Assembly: GCA_001029635.1 (NCBI GenBank)
Contig: CP011209.1
Coordinates: 811,969 to 875,968 of the forward strand
Origin: Candidatus Wolfebacteria bacterium GW2011_GWB1_47_1
Lineage (GTDB): Bacteria; Patescibacteriota; Minisyncoccia; UBA6257; UBA9933
Direction: 5' to 3'
DNA length: 64,000 nucleotides
Positions within the stretch are counted from its first letter, which is position 1, and each line of letters starts with the position of its first letter. The position numbers were made by a program, and so were the translations under genes. Below are positions 30,216 to 39,463 of this stretch, in pieces. The notes below the pieces were generated by a model that searched no databases, was not told the DNA's origin, and saw nothing but the letters and a program-made list of their open reading frames with translations.

Positions 30216-31757
30216 TTATTGAGCCAATACCATTCCGTAATAGAATGCCATGTTCCTCGCAAAATATTCGTTCATCAATGGACTCATAAGTCGCTCCACA
30301 GGCGCATATGTATCCGTCAGAATAATGGTATCTTCATCCGTCATGGACCGATCAATACTTCGCTTTGCGAGAAATGCCCCATTTTCCCCTCGCAGTATCT
30401 TTGTTCGCAGTTCCTGCACACCAATGGGTATTTTCGTATTCACCCCCACTAGTACGATATTCTGCGCATCATATGCATCCGCACCAAAGGCAAAAACGTA
30501 ATAGTTTTCAAATACCAACCCGAATGTCTTTTCCATACTTTTAAAAAACTCTTCCCCCGCTCCTTTTCGTACCGAACTGAAGTTTACCGCAAATACTCCC
30601 CCTTCGTTTAGACGTGCTTTTGCTTCCTCAAAAAATTCTTTCGTCGCCATATGCCATGGTACTGAAATGAACGAATTATACGCATCAGAAAAAATGAGAT
30701 CATACCGTCTGTCCGTCTGACGCAAAAAATTTCTCCCGTCTCCCACTCTTTGCCGTACCGGATAGTCATTTAATTGAAAATACTCATCGGCGACCCGCTG
30801 TACCTTCGGATCAATCTCAACGGTCGTCACGTCAGCTCCTTTATAAAAATCGGCTAATTTTTTTGATAAGTCATACGACCCCCCGCCTATCACCAACATA
30901 TCCTGCATTCTCTCATGTATCGCGCCGAAGATCGGATATATTTCCGGATATGTCCCCAGATGCTGCCCCTCAACCCCCTCAACACTATGGGAATCCGTGT
31001 CGAGCAACAACATTCTTACCCTACCTCTATCTCCCAACTCTCTATCAATAATCCTGATCTTATAATATTCACTCTCCGCGGCAAACACGACCCCTCGTAC
31101 ATCCGCAAACAAATACATCGCGTAGGTCATCATCCCCACTATTGAGAACAGTAAACCGATCAATCCTATCGTCGTTTTTTTGATCCGAGCCAATACCATT
31201 GCATTGGTCAATACAAGCAGAGCCATCAGCAGTATCGTCGTCACGCTGCCGATATATCCGATAAAATAGAACCCCGTTAAAAATGTCCCCGCAATACTTC
31301 CCAACGACCATGCCGCCGATATCTGGCCTGATCGAATTCCTGTCGCATCGATGGTTTGCAAATGCAACTTCAGTATCCCCGGATAGAGCGTCCCGAAGAA
31401 CACTGCCGGAATAAAAAACAAAAGGAACGCCAACAAGATCGTTGTCATTGACATCGACAACCCCGAAAGTGCAACAATGGGGGAAAAATATGAGAACAGC
31501 GGTATAAAAAACGTTGCAACTGATGCCGCAATAAACAGCATTGCCAATGACCGATGAGACTTCTTTCGATCGATATACACTCCTCCTGCATAGTTCCCTA
31601 CCGCCATACCAAGTAGAATCACGCCAATAACCGACGTCCACGTATAGATGGACGATCCTACATATGGCGCCATCAGACGGGTAGCAATCAATTCGATCGT
31701 CATCAGCGCGAAACCCGCTATAAACGCCGATACAATCAATATATTTAACTTCTTCAT
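30216..31757 (-). CDS. speE: Polyamine aminopropyltransferase (spermidine synthase domain) fused to an N-terminal polytopic membrane domain
   Basis: C-terminal MLVIGGGSYDL...VTTVEIDPKV...DLIFSDAYN...GGVFAVNF are SpeE/class I methyltransferase-fold motifs. The N-terminal roughly 220 aa carries more than 6 TM helices. Confidence 0.7.
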   Translation of the reverse strand: MKKLNILIVSAFIAGFALMTIELIATRLMAPYVGSSIYTWTSVIGVILLGMAVGNYAGGVYIDRKKSHRSLAMLFIAASVATFFIPLFSYFSPIVALSGLSMSMTTILLAFLLFFIPAVFFGTLYPGILKLHLQTIDATGIRSGQISAAWSLGSIAGTFLTGFYFIGYIGSVTTILLMALLVLTNAMVLARIKKTTIGLIGLLFSIVGMMTYAMYLFADVRGVVFAAESEYYKIRIIDRELGDRGRVRMLLLDTDSHSVEGVEGQHLGTYPEIYPIFGAIHERMQDMLVIGGGSYDLSKKLADFYKGADVTTVEIDPKVQRVADEYFQLNDYPVRQRVGDGRNFLRQTDRRYDLIFSDAYNSFISVPWHMATKEFFEEAKARLNEGGVFAVNFSSVRKGAGEEFFKSMEKTFGLVFENYYVFAFGADAYDAQNIVLVGVNTKIPIGVQELRTKILRGENGAFLAKRSIDRSMTDEDTIILTDTYAPVERLMSPLMNEYFARNMAFYYGMVLAQ

Positions 31758-32551
31758 GAAAAAATCACCATTAGCTTGTAAATATCTTCCATAGAAAGAT
31801 CATGCGATCGCATCTTCGCGTCAAACCCAGCACGCTGCAGTGCTTCTATGATTACTTCTTTATCCCCGTCCTTTCCCGCAAGATTATTTATGATCGTCTT
31901 ACGCGGCTGTGAGAACAACTGTCTGATAAACGCATAGTACCGGATACTATCTCCTTCAGTCGGATGCACATCCAATCGAATGGTCGCACTATCAATCTTC
32001 GGTGGCGGATTAAAATCCTTCTTCGGTACAATATCGATAATCGATGCTGTCGCCCAATACTGCACACTTGCGGCGAGCAGGTTCATCTTCGGCGACTGTG
32101 CGCAAATGCGTTCGGCAACCTCTTTCTGAATCGTCATCACGACACGCATCGGCTTATGTTCCAATTCTTCGATCACCCGCAACAGGTATCCTGTTATATA
32201 GTAGGGAATATTTCCTGCGATCATGTAAGGCTCCCCTTGTCGCTCCAACTCTTCTACTACCATCGGCAACAATTCCAACGCGTTTCCTTCGATGACTTCA
32301 AACCCGGGGTGGATTCCCGCCTCCGCGGGAATGACAAAAGAAGCGAATTTTTCCTTCAATGGTTCGATCAGTGCCTTATCGCGCTCAAGTGCCGTCACTC
32401 GCGCTCCAGCTTCTAAAAGATATTGTGTCAGCTCGCCATGACCTGGACCAACTTCAATAACAACACTGTCCCTTGTTATTTCAAGTGCATCCGATACCTT
32501 CTTTAACTTCTCCAAATTGATCAAAAAATGTTGTCCAAGCTTTTGTCCCAT
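31754..32551 (-). CDS. rsmA: 16S rRNA (adenine1518/1519-N6)-dimethyltransferase
   Basis: QHFLIN, VIEVGPGHGELT and GNIPYYIT motifs. It carries an in-frame REP-like insertion encoding IPAEAGIH at 32322-32348. Confidence 0.85.
   Translation of the reverse strand: MGQKLGQHFLINLEKLKKVSDALEITRDSVVIEVGPGHGELTQYLLEAGARVTALERDKALIEPLKEKFASFVIPAEAGIHPGFEVIEGNALELLPMVVEELERQGEPYMIAGNIPYYITGYLLRVIEELEHKPMRVVMTIQKEVAERICAQSPKMNLLAASVQYWATASIIDIVPKKDFNPPPKIDSATIRLDVHPTEGDSIRYYAFIRQLFSQPRKTIINNLAGKDGDKEVIIEALQRAGFDAKMRSHDLSMEDIYKLMVIFS
32322..32348. repeat. REP-like element, family R, embedded in-frame in the ksgA/rsmA coding sequence
   Basis: ggattcccgcctccgcgggaatgacaaaag, translated as IPAEAGIH. The same peptide appears when the intergenic copies are translated. 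Confidence 0.55.
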
Positions 32552-32591
32552 ATCAGGACAGTATACAGGTAATCAGTAATATGCGACAAGG

Positions 32592-32720
32592 AGCACCTGT
32601 ATACAACGTTTGTCCGCCGACTGGCGGACAAACGTTGTATGTTTTTTATCAGGCAATCCCAATTATCTCTGCACCTATTCGGCAATAAAAATTCGGCAGA
32701 TGCCTGCCGAATTTTTATTG
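32592..32720. promoter_or_regulatory. Two long perfect hairpins between pcrA and ksgA
   Basis: atacaacgtttgtccgcc-gact-ggcggacaaacgttgtat followed by a T-run, and ttcggcaataaaaattcggcag-atg-cctgccgaatttttattgccgaa with a 22 bp stem. Confidence 0.5.
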
Positions 32721-32763
32721 CCGAACTCCATATTCCCTTTTTCCTTTTCCTTTTTCCACCCTC

Positions 32764-34557
32764 TTAATCCATATCAATATATCGCTCTTCATCATCAAAT
32801 CCCCTCCCTCCTTCAAATTCCATCAATCCCGATGGGATTTCGCTCAAAAATCGTGATGGCAAATGATAGAAGGTCAGATACAGTTCCTTACGCGCACGAG
32901 TCATCGCCACGTACATCAAGCGCCGTTCTTCTTCTATCTCATTTTCATTATGATACGACATCTGGTGCGGCAGCAATCCATCATTCACACCGATCACGAA
33001 TACCGCATCGAATTCCAAACCTTTTGCCATATGGATGGTCATCAAGTTCACGACACTGTCCTGCACCTTCTTGAGATCCTTCTTCTTTACCGTATCAGTT
33101 GATTCGAGCAGCGAGATACGCTCCAAGAAGTCTTCCATCTTCTCGAATCCGCTCGCAAACTCGATAAGCTCCTTGATGTTTTCAATGCGTTCGGTCGAAT
33201 TAGTCTGCGTGCGCTCGATATAATTGAAGTAATCGGTCGTCATCAAGATGTATCCGATCAACTCCACCGGTCGCAGTACCGCCGCTTTACTCGGCAGCTC
33301 CTCCTTGAGTTGTGTATACGGCTTCTTGAGGAAGCTCTTTTTGAGACGATCGAGACTTACGCTGTCCTGCGGATTGGACCCATATCGCAATGCGGCCACG
33401 ATATCCTTGATCTCCTTGCGTTCGTAGAACTTCAACCCTCCAAATATCCGATATGATAGTCCCCGCTCGATCAGCGCCTGCTCAATAGCACGTGACTGCG
33501 CGTTTGTGCGATAGAGAATCGCAATCGAGCCATAATCCGAGAACATGCGAATCGTATCAATGTGCCCGGCTATCCATTCCGCTTCTCCGTCAGCCGTATA
33601 TTGTTCAACTACCTTCACGCGCCCTCCTTCGGGGTTGTTCGTCCACAGCGTCTTCGACTTCTGTAAATGATTATGCGCGATGACCGCCGATGCCGCTTTA
33701 ATGATGTTTTGCGTCGAACGATAATTCTCTTCGAGTAATACCACTTTCGCATCCGGCCAATCCTTTTCGAAGTTCAAGAAGTTTCGGAAGTCCGACCCAC
33801 GAAATTTGAAGATTGATTGTTGGTCGTCTCCCACTACACTCAGATTACGATATTTATTTGCCAACAATTTAATAAGCGTATATTGAGCTGTGTTGGTGTC
33901 CTGGTATTCGTCTACCAAGATGTAGCGGAATTTTTCCTGATACTGGTCCAATATCTCCGGGTTGCCCAAAAACAACATTCCCGGTTTTTGGATTAGGTCG
34001 TCAAAGTCGAATGCATTGTTCGCCTGCAGTGCCTGCTCGTAGAGTTTAAATAGCTTATAGACGGTTTCATCTTCCGCCGCTTCCGGGTCGATCATCTCGT
34101 CCTTGATCTTTGAGAACTCGCGCCGTAAGACCAATGGCGTTAACCGCTTTACATCGCGCTCAGAAAGTCCCGCCCCGGCAGCCACCTTTTTGATCAATGA
34201 CTTACTGTCGTCCGCATCGAAGATGGTGTAGTTCGAGTTTCTCCCGAATAGCCGCGCCTCCTTCTTCAATATCCGCGCTCCAAATGAGTGGAACGTGCCC
34301 AAGAACATCGCCTTAAACGATTCCTTGTCCTGCGCAAGCAGCTTTTCCGTGCGCTCCTTCATTTCTCCCGCCGCCTTGTTCGTAAAGGTGATGGCGACGA
34401 TATTCTCCGGCTTCACGCCGCTGTGCAACAAAGCAGCCAACCGGCTCGTCAGTGTCTTAGTCTTCCCCGATCCTGCACCCGCAACGATCAAGAGCGGGCC
34501 TTCGCCATGTTCCACCGCCGCGCGTTGTTTATCATTCAATTCTTCAAAATGTATCAT
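32764..34557 (-). CDS. pcrA: UvrD/PcrA-family ATP-dependent DNA helicase. Short form, 597 aa.
   Basis: Walker A AGAGSGKTKTLTSR and the UvrD helicase motif series. It lacks the extended C-terminal domain. Confidence 0.8.
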   Translation of the reverse strand: MIHFEELNDKQRAAVEHGEGPLLIVAGAGSGKTKTLTSRLAALLHSGVKPENIVAITFTNKAAGEMKERTEKLLAQDKESFKAMFLGTFHSFGARILKKEARLFGRNSNYTIFDADDSKSLIKKVAAGAGLSERDVKRLTPLVLRREFSKIKDEMIDPEAAEDETVYKLFKLYEQALQANNAFDFDDLIQKPGMLFLGNPEILDQYQEKFRYILVDEYQDTNTAQYTLIKLLANKYRNLSVVGDDQQSIFKFRGSDFRNFLNFEKDWPDAKVVLLEENYRSTQNIIKAASAVIAHNHLQKSKTLWTNNPEGGRVKVVEQYTADGEAEWIAGHIDTIRMFSDYGSIAILYRTNAQSRAIEQALIERGLSYRIFGGLKFYERKEIKDIVAALRYGSNPQDSVSLDRLKKSFLKKPYTQLKEELPSKAAVLRPVELIGYILMTTDYFNYIERTQTNSTERIENIKELIEFASGFEKMEDFLERISLLESTDTVKKKDLKKVQDSVVNLMTIHMAKGLEFDAVFVIGVNDGLLPHQMSYHNENEIEEERRLMYVAMTRARKELYLTFYHLPSRFLSEIPSGLMEFEGGRGFDDEERYIDMD

Positions 34558-34664
34558 AAGTATGGTATCGCTTTCTCTTTTGTGTTCTCTATCTTACCTA
34601 ACTATTACTCCGTTGTCATCCTTCATGATTACTATTCAACCTCAACTGCGCTAACGCTATTATG

Positions 34665-34975
34665 CCCGCAGATGCGAGCTCATCTTTTTCGTACTTTTTT
34701 AGTAAAAGTACGGCCGTCGGCTCCGTGCAGGAAAAAATACTACGCCGACATGCCGGCACGTTGCATGCGATCCGTCAGCTCGCGGATCGCTAGCAACGCC
34801 AAGGCTCAAAGCGCGAGCAAAGTAAAAATAGAGAGTGGACTCTAAAATTTCTTACAAAACTAAAAATTACCCGTTTTCCCAACGGGACCCAGATTTTTAG
34901 TTTTTGATGAAATTTTCTTCGCCCATCTAATCTCTATTTTTACAGCTCGCAGATAAAATGCGCTTCAGCACTTTC
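34665..34975. repeat. MITE-like repeat, family A, copy 4. Most complete, taken as the canonical copy.
   Basis: gcagatgcgagctcatc...gtacttttttagtaaaagtac...cgctagcaacgccaagg...gcgcgagcaaagtaaaaatag...cccgttttcccaacgggacccagatttttag...ttttcttcgccca...tttttacagctcgcagata. The ends are imperfect inverted repeats (cagatgcgagct / agctcgcagat). Confidence 0.65.
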
Positions 34976-35119
34976 AATATAAAAATAAAAGCCATATCCA
35001 ACATGCGTGGTACAGCTTTATTGCTTGCGGATATCCCTCCGCTGAGTCCTACCTAATTTACCTTTCTACTGCTTTACATCATCAATGACTAAGAGGTGGC
35101 GTTTTATGGTACAGCCTTA

Positions 35120-35584
35120 CTACTTAACAAATAGTACGTTGGACGAGAGCCATACCGCATTCTCGCTCCAATACTCCTCAAATGCTTCTTGAGACTCGGT
35201 CCACTCGTCCATCGCCTGCATGTACTCTTCTTCGAGTTCTCCCATGAGCGCAAGTAGGGCCTTGTCTCTGGCGTGAAACCTGATCGCATTCCCCGCCTCT
35301 TCCACAACGATCCCGTTTGGGAGTAATACGAACAGGCTTGAATTAAAGAGTACTCCTGGGAGAGCGTTTTCGACCTCCGCTGCTACTTCGTCGAAGTAGC
35401 CGTCTTCATTTACTTCCAGAATCTCGTACGCCTTTTTATTGAGGTACGAGCGCTCCGCCTGGGTGATATTCCCAAACAAGAGTTTCTTCCCAATCCCACA
35501 TAATCTCCTGATCTTTTCCTGGATTGCGGCTGGTGCGTCTTCAAACTTCCTATCACTCCTAAAATATTCCTCAAACGTTTTCAT
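35120..35584 (-). CDS. Hypothetical protein
   Basis: 154 aa acidic ORF. No family recognised. Confidence 0.45.
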   Translation of the reverse strand: MKTFEEYFRSDRKFEDAPAAIQEKIRRLCGIGKKLLFGNITQAERSYLNKKAYEILEVNEDGYFDEVAAEVENALPGVLFNSSLFVLLPNGIVVEEAGNAIRFHARDKALLALMGELEEEYMQAMDEWTESQEAFEEYWSENAVWLSSNVLFVK

Positions 35585-35790
35585 ACTGCCTCCTCTTTCC
35601 TTTAAGATTTAACAGCGCATTTCTCTGCTGCTCCCAATGAGCAGCAGAGAAAATGACTGCCAAATCCCGCATGTGGTTTTCAATGTTCTTGTTATATTTA
35701 TATCATAATTATTATAAATTGTCAATGTCTTCGCTTGAAGGGGGTGCCCTGGACCTCATCCTTCGCCGAAATGAAATGACAGATAAAAAA

Positions 35791-35815
35791 ATGTACGTCA
35801 TCGGATGACGTACAT
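35791..35815. promoter_or_regulatory. Perfect 25 bp palindrome ATGTACGTCAT-CGG-ATGACGTACAT, copy 3
   Basis: Identical to the 5779-5803 copy. Intergenic, between a hypothetical gene and comM. Confidence 0.6.
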
Positions 35816-35985
35816 TTTAAACTATAGATCCCTCGGTTCCGTTCCACTCCGCTTCACTCGAGATGACACACTCCGTCATTCCGAGCTCGGCCCTCGGCGT
35901 TACTAGCGAGTGCAGCGAGTATGCAACGTGCCAAAATACTCGAGGCACATAAGGTCCCGCGCTTCGCATGTCGAGGAATCTGCTT

Positions 35986-37518
35986 TTATATTTCCCTTAT
36001 CCTATATTGAAATGCTTCGCTCAGGTGGTTATTAGTAACCTTGTCGGACCCTTCGAGGTCCGCTATCGTGCGCGCCGTCTTGAGCATGCGGTAATAGCCA
36101 CGAGCGGAGATGAACGATTTTTCGAGCATCCTTTTTACAAATTGTTTTCCTGCATCATCCAATTGCACTACCTTATCCGCCAATTTCGATGGCATCTCGG
36201 CATTTGTATAGATCCTTGGTATTATATCCGTAAAACGACGAGCCTGTATCAGGCGGGCGTTTAGTACCTGTTCGCGGACCGCGTCACTTTCATCTGATTC
36301 CTTTTCCTTGGATAATTCCTCTATCTTTACCCTTGGCACTTTTATCTGTATATCTATGCGATCGAGCAATGGCCCGGAAAGCTTACGCTGATAGCGTGCG
36401 ATTTCGTGTGCGCCACACTGACACGTCTTTTCTTCGTCACCGTAGTATCCGCATGGGCATGGGTTCATTGCCGCGACTAATGTAAATCGAGCCGGAAACT
36501 TCAATACGCTCTTTGCACGCGCGACGCATACATCCCCATTTTCGAGTGGCTGTCGTAATGATTCGAGCAGATCCCGCCGGAACTCCGGTAACTCATCCAA
36601 AAACAATACACCCCGGTGCGCAAGCGATATCTCTCCCGGGCGCGGATTTGCACCGCCCCCAATGACCGATGCCGGCGATGCGCTGTGATGTGGCGCTCGA
36701 AACGGGCGCGTCATTGCAAGCACATCGCTATTAGCGATCCCCGCCGCACTATATATCTGCATCACCTCCATAGCCTCGTCCACCACTAGCGGAGGCAAAA
36801 TAGAAACCAATGCTTGTGCCAGCATTGTCTTTCCCGCTCCCGGTGAACCACTCATCAGTAGATTGTGCCCACCCGCCGCTGCGATCATCAGCGCACGTTT
36901 TGCATTCATTTGTCCTTTTATCTCGGAAATGTCAGTGCTATATCTTGCCGTATCCCACTCCAGCTTCGTCAGTGGATACGGTTCGATCAGCACACGCCCT
37001 TCCAGATGATCGATTAATGTCACCATATCAGTAATTGGGATCACATCAACTCCACTCACAATCGCAGCTTCTTGCGCATTTTCTACGGGAATAAATACCT
37101 TGGCTATATGCAACTCCTTTGCGAGACGAGCAATCGCGAGCGCACCTTTTATCGAACGTGCCTTCCCATCAAGCGATAACTCGCCAATAAAGAGCTTATC
37201 AGCCGTTTCGAATTCCTTAATCTGCTTGGTTGCCAACAAATATCCCATCGCTATTGCGAGATCATATTGCGACCCCGCCTTTTTGATATCCGCCGGGGCA
37301 AGATTTACCGTAATTCTTCTATTTTCTCGATTGGGCGGTTTTATATTCGAGTTCTTCAATGCGGCGTTGACCCGCTCCTTTGCCTCGTTTAGTGCCTTGT
37401 CGGCAAGACCCACAATTGTAAACGAATGAAGACCGACGTTTATGTCGGTCTCCACTTCGATTAATTTTGCTTCAATCCCCTCAAGTTCTGCCGAGTATAC
37501 CTTTGAGAAGTGTTCCAT
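35986..37518 (-). CDS. comM: Mg-chelatase-like AAA+ ATPase, YifB/ComM family
   Basis: Walker A LMSGSPGAGKTMLAQA and conserved ComM/YifB blocks (NRENRRITVNLAPADIKKAGSQYDLAIAMG...). Confidence 0.8.
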   Translation of the reverse strand: MEHFSKVYSAELEGIEAKLIEVETDINVGLHSFTIVGLADKALNEAKERVNAALKNSNIKPPNRENRRITVNLAPADIKKAGSQYDLAIAMGYLLATKQIKEFETADKLFIGELSLDGKARSIKGALAIARLAKELHIAKVFIPVENAQEAAIVSGVDVIPITDMVTLIDHLEGRVLIEPYPLTKLEWDTARYSTDISEIKGQMNAKRALMIAAAGGHNLLMSGSPGAGKTMLAQALVSILPPLVVDEAMEVMQIYSAAGIANSDVLAMTRPFRAPHHSASPASVIGGGANPRPGEISLAHRGVLFLDELPEFRRDLLESLRQPLENGDVCVARAKSVLKFPARFTLVAAMNPCPCGYYGDEEKTCQCGAHEIARYQRKLSGPLLDRIDIQIKVPRVKIEELSKEKESDESDAVREQVLNARLIQARRFTDIIPRIYTNAEMPSKLADKVVQLDDAGKQFVKRMLEKSFISARGYYRMLKTARTIADLEGSDKVTNNHLSEAFQYRIREI

Positions 37519-37540
37519 GAAATTTATGCAAAGTACAAAT

Positions 37541-37572
37541 TAGAAAAACTGGATTCCGGCCTCCGCCGGAAT
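37541..37572. repeat. REP-like element, family R
   Basis: ctggattccggcctccgccggaatgacacagaaaac. Confidence 0.6.
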
Positions 37573-37586
37573 GACACAGAAAACTC

Positions 37587-37937
37587 TTAAGCGTTTTCTT
37601 CCTCACGAGCTAATTTTTTGCACGAGCGACACAACTTCGATGTACTGTTTACCTGCAACATGTCCATGCCAATATCCTCTCCGCATTCCTCGCATTTACC
37701 AAAAGTCCCTTTCTCCATACGCGCCAGTGCGGAATCGATATCGGCTAGTCGTTCACGTAAAACCTGGGATGCCGCTGTTTGATTTTGCCATTCGGTCGAT
37801 TCATCCGCCTCTTCTTCGAGCGAATCAATATCATCCCCAAAATCTTCCCCCTGCTCCAGGGTATCAATCTTTACTTCAAGCATCGCTTTTTCATCCTCAA
37901 GCTCATTTTTTATTGATTCCAATTTTTCTTTGTTCAT
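37587..37937 (-). CDS. DksA/TraR-family C4 zinc-finger protein
   Basis: 116 aa with an N-terminal coiled coil and a C-terminal CxxC...CxxC (GKCEECGEDI...KLCRSCKKL). Confidence 0.6.
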   Translation of the reverse strand: MNKEKLESIKNELEDEKAMLEVKIDTLEQGEDFGDDIDSLEEEADESTEWQNQTAASQVLRERLADIDSALARMEKGTFGKCEECGEDIGMDMLQVNSTSKLCRSCKKLAREEENA

Positions 37938-37940
37938 ATA

Positions 37941-38402
37941 TTAGCCAATTAATTTAAATATGTACGGGAACACTACGAAATATCCCAATAATCCAAGACC
38001 AACAATACCTATAACAATACCTATTGTTATCAATACCATGTTCATCGTTCCGGACGATGTTTGCCCTTGCGGAGCTTTTTGAATTGGTACCGTAGGCATT
38101 TGCGGAGCCATAGGCGTTTCAAACAGCGGTTTCTCCGGTCCCGTGTATGCCGGGGCTTGCGGAGCGGCATCACGCTGCGATGCAAACGCTTCCTGCGCTC
38201 CCTGGGTCGGAACTTCTCCTCCACCTTCTCTGAAAGCCTTGAGGTCTGATTCCATAGTTCGGATATCGATCTCCAGCGCGGGCGGCTCGGGAACTTTCTT
38301 TTCCGGAGCTGCCGGATCTTGTGTCGGATTTGTCTGATTATCCATATGAATAGTATAAAGGAAAAAGGAAAAAGGAAAAAGGGGGATGCATTGACATGAC
38401 AA
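37941..38402 (-). CDS. Hypothetical Pro-rich protein with a C-terminal TM anchor
   Basis: 153 aa, low complexity, with one C-terminal hydrophobic helix. Confidence 0.4.
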   Translation of the reverse strand: MSCQCIPLFPFSFFLYTIHMDNQTNPTQDPAAPEKKVPEPPALEIDIRTMESDLKAFREGGGEVPTQGAQEAFASQRDAAPQAPAYTGPEKPLFETPMAPQMPTVPIQKAPQGQTSSGTMNMVLITIGIVIGIVGLGLLGYFVVFPYIFKLIG

Positions 38403-38466
38403 ATAAAAAGTGGTTACGTTATTCCAGTACTACAAAATCGAATATCTTAACTAAAGGAGAGAACAT

Positions 38467-39169
38467 TATGCCGTGTATCATTTGGTTAGTCCTGTGCATC
38501 TTCGGAGCCGCCATCTGCGCAATCGTGTATCCCTACAAAGACGGGACCGGAGCGAAAGCAGAATTCTGGGCGACAAAAAAGCCGCGGGTAAAAACCTGCG
38601 CCAAATACATGATCTTTGCATCTTTCGGTACCATCTTCCTCTCGCCCGTCTACTATGAATTCCCGGGGTCAGATTCAACCGTCGTTACGTTTGAGGGCGC
38701 CAAGGCGATCAAGCATCCTTTTGGGGCGTTCTGCTGGGAATGGTCAGAATATTCAAACCTCCCTACCGGAGCGATCAACGTTTCAAGTGGCGTAACATTC
38801 CTCACGGAAAATCCAAAGGTTCGCCACTTAAAGTACAGAGTCGGCTCACAAATTTCCGATCCGGAACTTTTCTACCGCAACAAAGGACGACGGATCCACT
38901 CTTCCGAGATGGACAGTAACTCCGGCGGCGCGGATACGAGGACCTTTATTCACTCTTCCGGATACTCGGTCAAAAACGAAACTCAGGCAATTGTCGCTTC
39001 GCAGCTGTTCGAATTCAACAATCGGTTTTCGAAGCAGCTGGCGCAGCTCTACAATCCGCTTGAAGCGAATCAGCAACGCGAGTTCCGATCGTTGATCGAG
39101 CCGTGGCTAAATGCTCAGCTCGCAAAGGATGGCATTGCAGTTGTGGTCGGAAACTTCTCGATCGAGTGA
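38467..39169 (+). CDS. Hypothetical membrane-anchored protein
   Basis: ATG preceded by AGGAG (ctaaaggagagaacattATG), then an N-terminal TM helix. The six-frame ORF 38396-39169 has an upstream alternative start. Confidence 0.5.
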
Positions 39170-39187
39170 CTTTCCCTGTGCTCCCTA

Positions 39188-39218
39188 TCAATCGCCGACC
39201 ATCATGGTCGGCTTTTTT
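39188..39218 (+). terminator. Rho-independent terminator
   Basis: cgccgaccatcatggtcggc followed by ttttttg. Confidence 0.6.
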
Positions 39219-39382
39219 GTTGGTTGGATTGGGGAGTAAATACGGGGATGTTTATATTCTTTCCCTCTGTTCGTAGTCTGCCGTGCCCACAGCCGAATCG
39301 CGCCGCCTACTAGCGGCTGCGATTCTATGAGGCACACAAACGCAAAACCGACATTCATTCGAATGTCGGTTTTGCGTTTGTG

Positions 39383-39454
39383 TGCCCCCAAGGAGAATCG
39401 GACTCCTCTTTACAGGATGAAAACCTGTTGTCCTGACCACTAGACGATGGGGGC
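39383..39454 (-). tRNA. tRNA-Glu (anticodon UUC)
   Basis: GCCCCCATCGTCTAGTGGTCAGGACAACAGGTTTTCATCCTGTAAAGAGGAGTCCGATTCTCCTTGGGGGCA. It has a 7 bp acceptor stem, a TTTTCAT anticodon loop and a GTCCGATTC T-loop. Confidence 0.8.
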
Positions 39455-39463
39455 GCATGTAAT

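Noticed and set aside
39252-39458. ORFs 39188-39391 and 39252-39458 overlapping the tRNA-Glu(UUC) hairpin region, and ORF 51826-52059 overlapping tRNA-Glu(CUC)
   Set aside because: They cover tRNA genes and perfect hairpins. Translation is arginine- and histidine-rich nonsense. Spurious.
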